In this document: positions 8,217 through 19,800 of the stretch, piece by piece | Layout of the letters: every line of letters starts with the position of its first letter | Position numbering within the stretch: position 1 is the stretch's first letter | From: an uncultured Acidobacteriaceae bacterium | GTDB lineage: Bacteria; Acidobacteriota; Terriglobia; Terriglobales; Acidobacteriaceae | Reading direction: 5' to 3' | Assembly: GCA_963840895.1 (NCBI GenBank) | Contig: CAWJAR010000014.1 | Coordinates: 2,306-66,305 of the forward strand | Length of the DNA: 64,000 bases | Program-made: the position numbers and the translations under genes | Notes under the pieces: generated by a model | What the model saw: the letters and a program-made list of their open reading frames with translations, nothing else | Databases searched by the model: none | What the model was told of the DNA's origin: nothing

Positions 8217-10367
8217 GTGGTAGGTATCTATTCCCCTCATAACGTTGTCGATTGGCTGGTTCCCGGCCGGAATCTGTTTCTGGCCATCCACGTTCTTGGA
8301 ATTGCCTGCTTCTTCTATATCGTGGCGATGCGAATGGTTCCGCTGCTTCGCGCCCAACGCGATCCTCGTTTTGATCGACCTCTAGAACGCCTCGGAAGAG
8401 TCCTGAAGTTCTGGCTGGGGCAGTGGAAGCACCCACGATACCGTTTCGCCGGAACGCTCCATATCTTGATCTTTGCTGGTTTCATTCTTCTGGCTGCCCG
8501 GGCTTTTACGGTGCTCATCATCGGAGTCAATGAGAACTTCGTGATGCCCGGTCTTTCTGGACGCGTCGGGCAAATCTACGAGACTCTAACCGACTACGCT
8601 GCCACAGTCGTGTTCATCAGTATGGTTATCGCGGTTGTGCGCCGACTTGTTTTCAGGCCCGCTCGCTACGCAGTGCCCCCTAAGTATGGCAAGGCACACA
8701 CGGCCGACGCGGTTTTCCTGTTGGGGCTGATCGCGCTGTTAATGTTCGCCGACAGCCTGTTTTCGGCTACCCGTTTCGCCGGGCATGCTTATAGTGGTGA
8801 AACTGTCGAGAGTCTTGCCATCTACTCTATGCCGAGGGCGCTGGCGATGCTCGTCGGCTCGACCTCGCTCGCCACGCTGTGGTTTCTGAATGTCACCGCG
8901 TATCTTGTCCATCAGGTCGCCTTCTATTTTCTGCTGTGCTATCGGCCATTCGGTATCCAGTTCCATGTGGAGACGTCACTGTTCAGCATTTATTTCTCCA
9001 AGCTGAACCGCGGAACGATCAAGCCGGTGCGCTGGGACGTCCCGGACGAGCATTTCGATCAGCTGAAATCGTTTGGCGTGAAGACATTCGAAGACTTCAC
9101 CTGGAAGCACATCCTCGATTTCTATTCATGCGCCGATTGCGGCCGGTGTGCGGACAACTGTCCGTCGAATGCCGTCGGTCGCCCACTTGCCCCGCGCTTC
9201 CTCACCATCAAAGCCAGGGACTACGTATTCCGCCACTACCCGGTGTTTGGCAAGGCCAAGCATGGCACGCCGTTGATCGGCAATATCTATTCCGAAGACG
9301 AAATCTGGTCCTGCACGACCTGCGGCGCATGTGAAGAAGAGTGCCCGTTGCTGGTCGAATACATCGACAAGATCGTTGATTTACGGCGCGGCATGATCGA
9401 TGACGGGAACGTTCCGCAATCCCTGCAAAAGCCGCTGAAAGCATTGGAGAGCCGCGGTAATCCATACGGCAAGATGGAGAAGAAAAGGGGCGACTGGGCG
9501 AAGAGTCCGGAGGCTTTGAAACACGGTACCATTCCGGTCTGCGACGGCAAGAACCAGGCCGATACTCTGTACTTCGTCGACAGCATCACCTCCTACGACG
9601 ACCGCATTCAGTCGATCGGGCGCGCTACCGCGCGCATCCTCAGTAACCTTGGGATGAAGTTTGGAATTCTCGGCGCCGCCGAGAAAGACAGCGGTCACGA
9701 AGTCCGCCGATTCGGCGAGGAACTTCTGTTCCAGGCGTTGCGCGATCAAAACACAGACGCCATCAGGGCATCGGGGGTTCAACGAATCGTCACCGCAGAC
9801 CCCCACGCTTACAACGCGCTCAAGCACGACTATAAAGACATTCCGCCCGTCGAGCACATCAGCCAGTTGCTTGCTCGGGAAGTGAGAGCCGGCAATCTCC
9901 ATTTCAACTCGGTGGAACAGTGGTTTGAAGATCGGAGCCGCGTCTACACCTACCACGATCCGTGTTACCTCGGTCGTCACAATCAGGTGTACGACGATCC
10001 GCGCGACGTGCTCGACTCCATCCCAGGATTGCATCGCGTTGAGATGCAGCGTTCGCGCGACCGCTCTTTCTGTTGCGGTGGCGGTGGCCTGGCGCTGTTC
10101 TATGAGCCGAAGGAAGAACAGAGGATGGGAGTGATCCGCGTGCGGATGGCCGCGGAGGCTGGTGCCAATGTCATCGTGACCGCTTGCCCGTTCTGCATGG
10201 TCAACATCGATGACGCCGTTAAGGTCGCGGGCCTGGAAGGAAAAATGTCGGTGATAGACCTGACGGAAGTGGTCGACCAGCACATGGTTCGCGGGTCTTC
10301 CGATAAAACGGCACAAAAACCCGCAGGGAAAACACAGGAATTAGAAACGGTAATTTCAGGAGGTTGA
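8217..10367 (+). CDS. membrane-bound FeS oxidoreductase, HdrD/GlpC-like with NarI-like N-terminal membrane domain (EtfAB:quinone oxidoreductase-like)
   Basis: About 5 N-terminal TM helices containing His. Two ferredoxin-type motifs, CADCGRCADNCP and CTTCGACEEECP. CCG-domain motifs HDPCYLGRH, SFCCGGGG and ACPFCMVNI. Directly coupled to etfB. Confidence 0.8.
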   Translation: MVGIYSPHNVVDWLVPGRNLFLAIHVLGIACFFYIVAMRMVPLLRAQRDPRFDRPLERLGRVLKFWLGQWKHPRYRFAGTLHILIFAGFILLAARAFTVLIIGVNENFVMPGLSGRVGQIYETLTDYAATVVFISMVIAVVRRLVFRPARYAVPPKYGKAHTADAVFLLGLIALLMFADSLFSATRFAGHAYSGETVESLAIYSMPRALAMLVGSTSLATLWFLNVTAYLVHQVAFYFLLCYRPFGIQFHVETSLFSIYFSKLNRGTIKPVRWDVPDEHFDQLKSFGVKTFEDFTWKHILDFYSCADCGRCADNCPSNAVGRPLAPRFLTIKARDYVFRHYPVFGKAKHGTPLIGNIYSEDEIWSCTTCGACEEECPLLVEYIDKIVDLRRGMIDDGNVPQSLQKPLKALESRGNPYGKMEKKRGDWAKSPEALKHGTIPVCDGKNQADTLYFVDSITSYDDRIQSIGRATARILSNLGMKFGILGAAEKDSGHEVRRFGEELLFQALRDQNTDAIRASGVQRIVTADPHAYNALKHDYKDIPPVEHISQLLAREVRAGNLHFNSVEQWFEDRSRVYTYHDPCYLGRHNQVYDDPRDVLDSIPGLHRVEMQRSRDRSFCCGGGGLALFYEPKEEQRMGVIRVRMAAEAGANVIVTACPFCMVNIDDAVKVAGLEGKMSVIDLTEVVDQHMVRGSSDKTAQKPAGKTQELETVISGG

Positions 10368-10369
10368 AC

Positions 10370-11158
10370 GTGGAAATCCTGGTATGCGCCCGAAGAGTGC
10401 CCGACACCTCGGAGAACGAGATCGAACTCAATGCTGCCGGAAACGACATTGAGCGCGATGAACTCGTTTACTCGGTGAATGAGGCAGACAACTACGCCGT
10501 CGAGGAAGCGTTGCAGATTCGCGACCGCGTAGGCGGCAAAGTCACGGTGGTCACCGTCGACAACGAGGAGGGCGAGGAGATCCTGCGCCGGCAGTTGGCC
10601 ATGGGTGCAAATCAAGCCGTTCTGCTCTCCGACGACAGCTTCGAGGGTTCTGACGGAAAAGGTATCGCCACCATCCTCAAGGCCTTTGTAGACAAGGGAC
10701 ACTACGACCTGATCCTGACCGGTGTGCAGGCCGATGACGGCGCGGCCCAAGTCGGAGGAATGCTGGCCGCGATGCTCGACTATCCCTTCGCATCCTTGGT
10801 GAACTTCATCACGGTTCAAGGCGGCAAGCTGAAAGTGAGTCGCGAGATCGAAGGCGGCAACCGCGAGATCAATGAGATCGATCTACCGTGCGTGCTCTCG
10901 ATCCAGACCGGGATCAATGAACCGCGCTATGTCGGAATGCGCGGCATCCGCCAGGTTGCGTCCGTGACGATTCCGACCTTGGGAACGTCAGACCTCGGTG
11001 TTTCTCACGGTACCGTCGGAAAAGAGGCCGCAAAGGCAAAGCGTGTCGATTACTTTGTCTCTGCGCTCAGCAAGGGTGCCGAAATCCTGAAAGGAAGCCG
11101 GGAAGAGAATGCGCAAAAGATTCTTGAGTTGGTAGCTGCGAAGGGAGGCTTAAACTAA
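10370..11158 (+). CDS. etfB: electron transfer flavoprotein beta subunit
   Basis: The N-terminus (V)EILVCARRVPD matches the EtfB signature MKILVCIKQVPD. AGGAGG lies 6 nt upstream of GTG 10370; the track start, TTG 10364, is also possible. Confidence 0.9.
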   Translation: MEILVCARRVPDTSENEIELNAAGNDIERDELVYSVNEADNYAVEEALQIRDRVGGKVTVVTVDNEEGEEILRRQLAMGANQAVLLSDDSFEGSDGKGIATILKAFVDKGHYDLILTGVQADDGAAQVGGMLAAMLDYPFASLVNFITVQGGKLKVSREIEGGNREINEIDLPCVLSIQTGINEPRYVGMRGIRQVASVTIPTLGTSDLGVSHGTVGKEAAKAKRVDYFVSALSKGAEILKGSREENAQKILELVAAKGGLN

Positions 11159-12144
11159 TGGCTCGCATTTTTGCTTACATCCTGCACAAAGGCGGTGTAG
11201 TCGATGACTCGGCTGCCGAACTCATTGCCGCGGCGAAAGCGATTGATCCCGCTTCTTCTCCTACTGCGATTCTCGCTGGCTGGGGTCCGGACTTTGATCT
11301 TTCTTGCAATTCCTTGACTGCCTCCTTCAGCGATGTCTGGAAAGTCGCAAATCAAGCGCTCGCGTACCCGAACGCCGAACTTGTTCGTCAGACGCTAGTA
11401 CGCGTACTACCGCCGGACAGCATCGTGCTCGTCCTTCATGACCATTTCGGAATCGATCTGGCGCCGGGATTGTCGATCAAGCTGAGTGCGGCATTTGTGT
11501 CCGATGTGCTGGCGATCGAAGGCGGCGATGGAAGCTCTTTGAAACTCATCCGCCAGGAGTTCGGCGGACAGTTGAGTGCACACGTCATGTGTGACATTTC
11601 CTCAGGCGCCGTGATCAATATTCGTCCCGGAGCCTTCAAGCCCCAGCCACGCCTCGTGACTTCCGGCAAGGTCATCGACAAGTCCGCCGAAGTAGGCTCG
11701 CTGACAGCACGGCGCCGCTATCTCGAAACAGTTGTCGCCGAAGCCGGCGATGTCGATATCACCAAGCACAGTCTGCTGGTGTCAATCGGCCGCGGCATCC
11801 AGGAAAAGGACAACATTGCACTCGCCGAAGAACTCGCCGAGGTACTCGGCGCAGCTGTCAGTTGTTCGCGGCCAGTGGTCGACGCCAAGTGGATGGAAAA
11901 ATCCCGGCAGGTCGGCTCTTCAGGAAAAACCGTGAAGCCCAAGGTTTACCTTGCCTGCGGCATCAGCGGCGCATTCCAGCATCTGGCCGGCATCAAGGGG
12001 AGTCCGTTTCTGATTGCCATCAACAAGAATCCCAAGGCCCCCATCTTCCAGGTGGCCGACGTTGGAATCGTGGACGACCTCCTCGAGTTCCTCCCCGAAC
12101 TGACCAATAAAGCCAGAGAATTCCGCGGCGTTGCTGCCAAGTGA
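11158..12144 (+). CDS. etfA: electron transfer flavoprotein alpha subunit
   Basis: C-terminal FAD-binding region: [10 protein letters not shown]...[27 protein letters not shown]...[12 protein letters not shown]. The ATG overlaps the etfB stop by 1 nt. Confidence 0.9.
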   Translation: MARIFAYILHKGGVVDDSAAELIAAAKAIDPASSPTAILAGWGPDFDLSCNSLTASFSDVWKVANQALAYPNAELVRQTLVRVLPPDSIVLVLHDHFGIDLAPGLSIKLSAAFVSDVLAIEGGDGSSLKLIRQEFGGQLSAHVMCDISSGAVINIRPGAFKPQPRLVTSGKVIDKSAEVGSLTARRRYLETVVAEAGDVDITKHSLLVSIGRGIQEKDNIALAEELAEVLGAAVSCSRPVVDAKWMEKSRQVGSSGKTVKPKVYLACGISGAFQHLAGIKGSPFLIAINKNPKAPIFQVADVGIVDDLLEFLPELTNKAREFRGVAAK

Positions 12145-12154
12145 GGATGAGCCG

Positions 12155-13828
12155 ATGCTTGCATATAAAACACTGAAACTAAGCGTGAAGTCACTCAAAG
12201 AATTTGCGAAGAAGCGCTTGCCCGACGAAGTGCTGATCGAACTCGATGAGCGCGACGAGTGTCCGGTCGATATCGTGCGCGACATGTGCAGCCCCGACAA
12301 GTTGGGAATTCAGCTCCTGTTCATCCCTGAAGAATTCGGTGGCATGGGGGGCGGCACATTCGATGTCTACTGCATTTGCGAGGAGATGGCACGCATCGAT
12401 CTCGGTGTCGCTACCTCCGTATTGGCTACGTTCCTGGGGAGCGATCCGATTACCGTTGGTGCGACACACGAGCAGAAGAAGACATGGCTCAGCCGGATTG
12501 CCGACGAAGGCTTGCTCTTCGCCTACGGCGCCACCGAACCGGAAGCTGGCAGCGACCTGGGCGCGCTTCGCACCACGGCCGACCGCGTCATGCAAGACGG
12601 GCGCATCGTCGGTTACAAGATCAACGGCAACAAACAGTGGATTAGCAATGGTGGAATCGCAGGTGCCTACACGGTTTTGGCCAGCACGCCAGCCGGGCCG
12701 AGTTGGTTTGTCGTGGAAAAAGATGCCAAGGGATTTACTCACGACGAGCCCGAAGACAAGCACGGCATTCGCCTGAGCAACACAGCGGCACTCGCGTTCA
12801 ACGAGGTCTACGTTGATGCTGACCGCCTTATCGGTGGCGTTGAAGGTCAGGGCTTGAATCAGGCGCAGGCGGTATTCGGATATACGCGTCTGATGGTCGC
12901 GGCTTTTGGATTGGGCGCCGGTTGGGCCGCCCTCGATCGCGCCATCCCTTATTCCACGAAGCGCATTCAGGCCGGAGCACCGCTTTCGGAGAAGCAAGGC
13001 TACACGCACAAGCTGATCGTACCTAACGTCGCCCGTCTTGAAGCCGCACGCGCCTATATCGAACAGACAGCGGAACGCATCGATGTCGGCGAAGGCAGTC
13101 TCAACACGGAAGGCGCGATCGCGAAGTACATGGCAACCGAAGCAGGGAACCAGGCTGCCGAGGCCAGTATTCAGGCTCTTGGCGGATACGGCTACACGCA
13201 CGAATATCTGGTTGAGAAGATTAGTCGCGACGTGCGCATCACCACGATCTACGAGGGCACCTCTGAAATCATGGAGATGACCATAAGCCGAGATCGCTGG
13301 CAGCTTCACCTGAAGACTCGCGGCCAGCACTATCACGACAAAGCCGTCGAGCTGGAGGCCTTGTATGCGCAGCATCCGAACGTGGGCGCGAACATGGCTG
13401 CACTAGCCCATCACGCTCTGGCCGAATTGATGGAGAAAGCGCGGGTCGCACGCCTGACACGATATCAGCATATTCTCCTGCGCCTGGGAGAATGGATTGC
13501 CTACGCCGAGTGCGCTGGCACCTTGGCGCGCCGCGCCGCGCTTCATGCCGAGAACACGCTGAATGAAAAAGCGAATCGTCGCTTTGATGCAACGGCGCTC
13601 GCTGCCGTGAGCCGCATTTTCGCTCGCGATGCCGCACTCAAGGTCGCGGAAGAAGGTTTGCGCTGGATCTGCGGGTCCGGTGCAATCGCGGACTCTGAGA
13701 TGCCCGCTTTCGAAACAAGTTTGCAATTGCCCGCCATTCATCGTGGCCAGGCGGGTTTGATTTTTGACATGGATTTCGTAGCCGACGTCCTCTACGCCCG
13801 CGCAGCCAAGCCTGCGCTCGCCGCATAA
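12155..13828 (+). CDS. acyl-CoA dehydrogenase with ~170-aa C-terminal extension
   Basis: ACAD motifs [20 protein letters not shown] and the catalytic-base region [14 protein letters not shown] lies 7 nt upstream of ATG 12155. A helical extension follows the canonical end of the fold. Confidence 0.9.
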   Translation: MLAYKTLKLSVKSLKEFAKKRLPDEVLIELDERDECPVDIVRDMCSPDKLGIQLLFIPEEFGGMGGGTFDVYCICEEMARIDLGVATSVLATFLGSDPITVGATHEQKKTWLSRIADEGLLFAYGATEPEAGSDLGALRTTADRVMQDGRIVGYKINGNKQWISNGGIAGAYTVLASTPAGPSWFVVEKDAKGFTHDEPEDKHGIRLSNTAALAFNEVYVDADRLIGGVEGQGLNQAQAVFGYTRLMVAAFGLGAGWAALDRAIPYSTKRIQAGAPLSEKQGYTHKLIVPNVARLEAARAYIEQTAERIDVGEGSLNTEGAIAKYMATEAGNQAAEASIQALGGYGYTHEYLVEKISRDVRITTIYEGTSEIMEMTISRDRWQLHLKTRGQHYHDKAVELEALYAQHPNVGANMAALAHHALAELMEKARVARLTRYQHILLRLGEWIAYAECAGTLARRAALHAENTLNEKANRRFDATALAAVSRIFARDAALKVAEEGLRWICGSGAIADSEMPAFETSLQLPAIHRGQAGLIFDMDFVADVLYARAAKPALAA

Positions 13829-13886
13829 GTAAAGACGCCTGACTAATTGACGTGCAACCTGCCATCGGTTGCACAGGAGCGTCCCA

Positions 13887-16800
13887 ATGCAAATGGAAGA
13901 CACAGCCTATCGTGCGATTGCGATCGTAGGCGCGGGAGCCGTGCTGCCCGACGCCCCCAACGTCAACGCTTTCTGGGAGAACGTGAAGCGTGGCCGATAC
14001 AGCATCACCGACGTTTCTCCGGAGCGTTGGGATCCCGCATTTTATTACGATGCAGATCCCAGGGCCCCGGACAAGACGTACTCCAAGATTGGTGGATGGG
14101 TGCGCCAGTTCACGTGGGATCCGATGAAGTGGCACATGCCACTTCCACCCCGTGTCACCGATGCGATGGACCAAGCGCAGAAGTGGGCTATCGCCGCCAC
14201 TCGTGAGGCCCTCGAAGACTACGGCTACCCCAAGCGGCCGCTGGATCCCGATCGCGTCGCGGTCATCCTCGGCAATGCCATGGCGGGTGAGAAACATTAT
14301 CAGACGGCCTTGCGGGTGAACTTCCCTGAGTACGCGCATGAACTCGCTGAAAGCGAGAGTTTCGCGACGCTGCCCGAAGCCCTCCGTCGCGACATAACGC
14401 GGGAGCTGCGCGAACGCATTGGCAAACGCCTACCCGAAGTTACTGAAGACAGCATGCCCGGCGAGCTTGCCAACTGCATCGCCGGACGCATCGCCAATCT
14501 CTACAACTTCCACGGCCCGAACTTTATTTGTGACGCGGCTTGCGCCTCTGCCATGGCGGCCATGACCGCTGCCGCCGAAGGGCTGGTTGCGAACGATTTC
14601 GATGCTGTCATCACCGGCGGCATTGACCGCAACATGGGCGCTCAGACTTTCGTGAAGTTCTGCAAGATCGGCGCGCTCTCGGCGACCGGCACACGTCCCT
14701 ATGCCGAGGGTGCGGATGGCTTCGTGATGGGCGAGGGTTCTGCGATCTTCGTAATGAAGAGGTTGGCCGATGCTGAGCGCGATGGCGACAATATCTACGC
14801 CGTGTTGCGCGGAATCGGTGCATCGAGTGATGGGAAAGGCAAGGGGATTACCGCACCCAACCCGATCGGGCAGAAGTTCTGTCTGGAGCGTGCGTGGCAA
14901 AATGCGGGGCTATCGCCCGCTACCGCTACGCTCATCGAAGGGCACGGTACTTCTACTCGCGTTGGCGACGTGGTTGAAGCGCAGTGCATCGCGGACCTGC
15001 TCAAGAGTCAAAACCTTCCGGTTCACTCGGTCGCATTGGGCTCAGTCAAATCGAACATCGGACATTTGAAAGGCGCAGCGGGTGCAGCCGGAATGCTGAA
15101 GATCGCTCTGGCCCTCCGCGACAAAGTGATGCCACCCAGCGTGCACTGCGAACATCCCAGCCCAGATATCGACTTTGCCCACTCCCCTGTTTACGTCAAC
15201 ACCACACTGCAGCCGTGGACAGTTCCGGCCGACATTCCGCGACGTGCCGGCGTGAGCGCCTTCGGCTTCGGAGGCACGAACTTTCATATCGTGCTTGAAG
15301 AGCACATTCCCCACAGGCTGACCGGAAACGGGAAGCGGTCAATCGCTGTCAACCTCCCGCACACTGCGATCCCAGAGGTAGTTATGAATGTAAAAGCAAC
15401 CCCCTTCTCCCCTTCAGCCTCAACCGCATCGCCTGTCTGCAAAACTCCTCTGCGAGGTGCGTTGTTGATTGGCGCTGCCTCCGATTCCGAGCTTGTCGAA
15501 CGCTTGTCCGCGGTTATGAAGGACGCACAAGCTGGACGCATCCCGGCGTCCGCCGCTCCAGCCGAAGCCGACCTGCATGCGCCGCAGCGTCTTGCAATTG
15601 ATTATTCCGACGCCGCTGAACTGGCAGACAAGTCCGCCAAGGCTTTAAAGGCCTTCGCCGCAAATCAGTCCGTTGTGTGGAAGGCATTACGCGCGCAGGG
15701 AATCTTCCGCGGCCAAGGTGACGCGCCGAAAGTCGCATTCCTCTATACCGGACAGGGCTCGCAGTACGTGAACATGTTGCGTCCGCTCTACAACGCAGAG
15801 CCGATCGTCGCGGAGACATTTGCCGAAGCGAATCGCGTGATGACTCCTCTGCTGGGTAAGCCTCTGACTGATTTTGTATTTGTCGACCAGACCGATCCCG
15901 CTGCTGTGTCGAAAGCCGATGACGACCTTCGGCAGACAGCGATCACGCAGCCCGCCGTGCTGGCTATCGATCTCGCGCTAACCCGGTTGTTGGCCGCATA
16001 TGGCATTCAGCCAGACATGACGATGGGGCACAGCCTCGGCGAATACGGTGCACTGGTTGCGTCGGGCGCACTGCCGTTCGAGGATGCTCTTGAAGCGGTT
16101 AGCGCCCGCGGTCGTGGCATGACCCGGGTTGCGGTCGCTGACACCGGCAAGATGGCTGCCGTATTCGCGCCTCTCACGGAGGTGGAACGAATCCTGAAGA
16201 GCATCACCGGCTATGTAGTCATCGCCAATATCAACAGCGAGCACCAGGCCGTGATTGGAGGTGCGAGTGATGCGGTTGCCGAAGCCATGCAGGTTCTGCA
16301 GAAAGCGGGCTATGAAGCCTCGGAACTGCCCGTAAGCCATGCTTTCCATACCTCCATCGTCGCTCCAGCCAGCGAACCACTCCGTCAGGAACTTGCCCGA
16401 CTGCGTGTGGAATCGCCGCACCTTCCCGTGGTGGCCAATGTGAATGGAGAGTTCTATCCTACAGGGCCCGATGTCGTACCCCAGATACTGGACCTTCTCG
16501 CCAAGCAGGTAGCCTCTCCCGTGCAATTTGTGAAGGGCCTGCGCACTCTCTACGAGGCGGGCGCTCGTATTTTCGTAGAAGTTGGCCCGAAGAAAGCGCT
16601 ACAGGGGTTCGCCGAAGATGTTCTCGGCGGCCGCGGCGATGTCCTCGCACTCTTCACCAACCATCCCAAGTTCGGCGATATCGCCTCGTTCAATCAGGCG
16701 CTGTGTGGCCTCTACGCGGCAGGACTCGGCCGCGGCATCGCTGCCATCTCGCCAGAGAGGCCAGCGGAGGTCGCATCGTTGTCGCCCAGTGCAAGACCAT

Positions 16801-19800
16801 CTCCCGCCTCGGAAGAGCCATCTGTCGGATGGCGCAGCGCTTCTGGCGCTGCGATAAAGCCCAACCCCTCCCCCATGGCTTCAGCCGCTGCGCGCCGAAA
16901 CGATCCCGATCACTACGCCGAACTTGGCCATTTCTTCGCCGAGGTTCTTGAGCGCGCCTGGCAGATTCAGGGCGACCCTGCTCCGGCAAATCTCCCGGTT
17001 GTCATCACCGGTGCCGCTCTTGGCCTTCCCGGGACCGATCATGTCTTCGACGATGCCAACCTCGCCCGCCTCCTGCGTGGCGATCAATTCATCGACCTCA
17101 TCCCCACTCGCCTGCGCAAGGCAATGCTCGACAAGCACATCACCCGCCTGGTAAAGAGCGACAACGGCGGACCAACTTTCGAGACCATCAGCAACATCTC
17201 CGACGTCATTAAATTAGCCGGCCGCGGAGGCGCGTTCGATCTCCAGCAGGAATTCGGCATTTCTGCCGACCGTCGTGCCGCTCTTGATCGCGCTACACAA
17301 CTCGCCATCGCGGTTGGAATCGACGCCCTGCGCGACGCCGGCATCCCGCTGGTCATGCGCTACAAAACTACGACAAAAGGCACTCAGTTGCAGGATCGCT
17401 GGGGGCTTCCTGACGCGTTGCGAGACGACACTGGGGTGATCTTCGCTTCCGCATTCCCCGGGTGCGATTCCTTCGCCGATGAGATGGGGCGTTATTACAA
17501 CGACCACTCCCGCCGTGAGCAACTCGGCTTGTTGGAGAGCCTGCTGGCTCGGGCTGCGAAAGGGAATGGCGACTCAGTCCTCGAACAGGAAATCGAGCGC
17601 CGCACAGAGGACTTGCGGGATGCAATCGAGAAAGAGCCGTACGTCTTCGATCGCCGCTTCCTGCTAAGAACGCTGTCAATGGGGCACTCGCAGTTTGCTG
17701 AACTTATTGGCGCGCGCGGTCCCAACACACAAATCAATTCAGCCTGCGCCAGCACTACGCAAGCCGTTGCCCTGGCGCAAGACTGGATCAACGCCGGCCG
17801 TTGTCGCCGCGTGATTATCGTCTCGGCAGATGACGTGACTTCAGATCATTCCATCGAATGGTTCGGCGCAGGGTTTCTTGCCAGCGGTGCGGCCGCAACC
17901 GACGAAGTGGTCGAAGAGGCTGCCACTCCGTTCGATCGTCGGCGCCATGGCCTGATCGTCGGCATGGGCGCTGCCGGCCTCGTAGTCGAGAGCACCGACG
18001 CCGCCCGAGAGCGCGGCATTCAACCGATCTGCGAAGTGCTGAGTACGGTCACTGCCAACAGTGCCTTCCACGGCACCCGCCTCGACGTACAACACATCGG
18101 TCAGATGATGGAGAACCTTATTGGGCAGGCCGAGGCAAAGCACGGCATCTCACGCCAGCAAATTGCGCCTCATGCGGTATTCGTTTCTCACGAGACCTAC
18201 ACGCCCGCGCGCGGCGGCAGCGCCTCCGCCGAAATCCACGCGTTACGCCACGTATTCGGCGCCGCAGCCGATCAGATCGTCATTGCCAACACCAAGGGAC
18301 AAACCGGCCACGCCATGGGCACGGGGATCGAAGATGTTCTCGCTGTGAAGGCCTTGGAAACTGGCTTGGTACCACCCGTCGCTAACTTTAAAGAGGTAGA
18401 CCCGGAGTTGGGCACGCTGAACCTGTCAAAGGGCGGCGGATACCCAATCGAATACGCGATTCGATTGGGCGCGGGATTCGGCTCACAGATCAGCATGTCG
18501 TTGCTTCGCTGGAACGCCCCGAAAGATGGAGGTCACCGCCGTCCCAATGATCTCGGCTACGCCTACCGCATCGTCGACGAGGACTGCTGGAAATCCTGGC
18601 TGAGGCAAATTGCAGGCTATCCCAAGGCGGATCTGGAAGTGGTCCACCGCACATTGCGGGTGCGAGATCAAAAAACAGGGGCACGCTTGGTGGAAGTCGC
18701 CAAGACGCCTCCGGAAGCGGCCGCCGTTCCAGTCCCACCGACACCAGCGCCGGCGGAGTCGCCGCGCACTGAACCGTCACACCCGATGGTTGAAGCAAGA
18801 GTCGAAACGAAAACAGCAACTCTCGTGCCGACATCGCCCCCAAAGCCAGTCGTCCAAGGCGATTCGGTCAAGGATCGCGTTTTGGCTCTGGTCGCTGAAA
18901 AGACAGGCTATCCGGTCGACATGCTCGATCTGGATCTCGACCTCGAAGCCGACTTAGGCATCGACACCGTAAAGCAAGCCGAAGTAATGGCGACGATTCG
19001 TCAAGCCTACGGTATCGTGCGCGACGACACCATCAGGTTGCGCGATTTCCCCACGCTCGCTCGCGTCATCCAGTTCGTGCATGACCGTGCACCACAAGTT
19101 CGCGCCGCGCTGCCCTCAGCAGCTTCGCCTGTATCAGAACCTGCGCCCAAAGCGGAAGGGAAGGCCGAGCACAAGATCAAAGTCGCTCCGCCAGTCGCCG
19201 CAGTGGCTCTCGCACCCATCAAAGTTGCAGAAACAGAGACTGATCTCGTGAAAGACCGCATTCTTGCGCTCATGGTTGAGAAGACCGGGTACCCACAAGA
19301 CATGCTGGACCTCGATCTCGATCTCGAGGCTGATCTCGGTGTCGATACCGTGAAGCAAGCAGAAATGTTTGCGGCCATCCGCCAAATCTACAACATCCCT
19401 CGCGATGAAAACCGTAAGCTCCGCGATTACCCCACGCTGGCGCACGTGATTCGCTTCGTGTACGAGAAGCGTCCCGACTTGGCTGGTACGTCTGCTCTAA
19501 CAGCTCCAACCCACGTCTCGCCCCGGCCAACGCCCGCCGAGGCAGTTGCTCCATCTCTAACGCCGATCGCAGTCCACGCCAGTTCCGATGACCCCATTCA
19601 AAAGAAAGTCCTGCAGATCGTAGCGCAGAAGACCGGCTATCCCGAAGACATGTTGGATCTGGATCTCGACCTTGAGGCCGATCTTGGCGTCGATACGGTG
19701 AAGCAGGCAGAGATGTTTGCCGCTGTCCGCACCGCCTACAACATTCCGCGCGACGAGAATATGAAGCTGCGCGATTTCCCGACGTTGGCTCACGTCATCA

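Noticed and set aside
9381-10316. Long antisense ORFs inside confidently assigned genes. Examples: 9381-10316(-), 10100-10819(-), 12191-13375(-), 20670-21947(-), 22866-23546(-), 44076-45125(+), 49047-50096(-), 55890-56819(-), 4734-5426(-), 62121-62953(+).
   Set aside because: Each lies fully inside a gene that has strong family motifs on the other strand. Their translations are Arg/Gly/His-rich with no motifs. This is the shadow-ORF pattern expected in GC-rich DNA.
13869-13886. TTG 13869 as the megasynthase start; likewise 28015 for the PPTase, 3093 for the primase, 12131 for the ACAD, 39611 for the permease, 38596 for the esterase, 55344 and 57121 for the secreted proteins, and 51377 for the aminotransferase.
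   Set aside because: In each case a downstream ATG or GTG is preceded by a clear Shine-Dalgarno. It also restores a family-typical N-terminus or signal peptide, or removes an overlap with the preceding gene.
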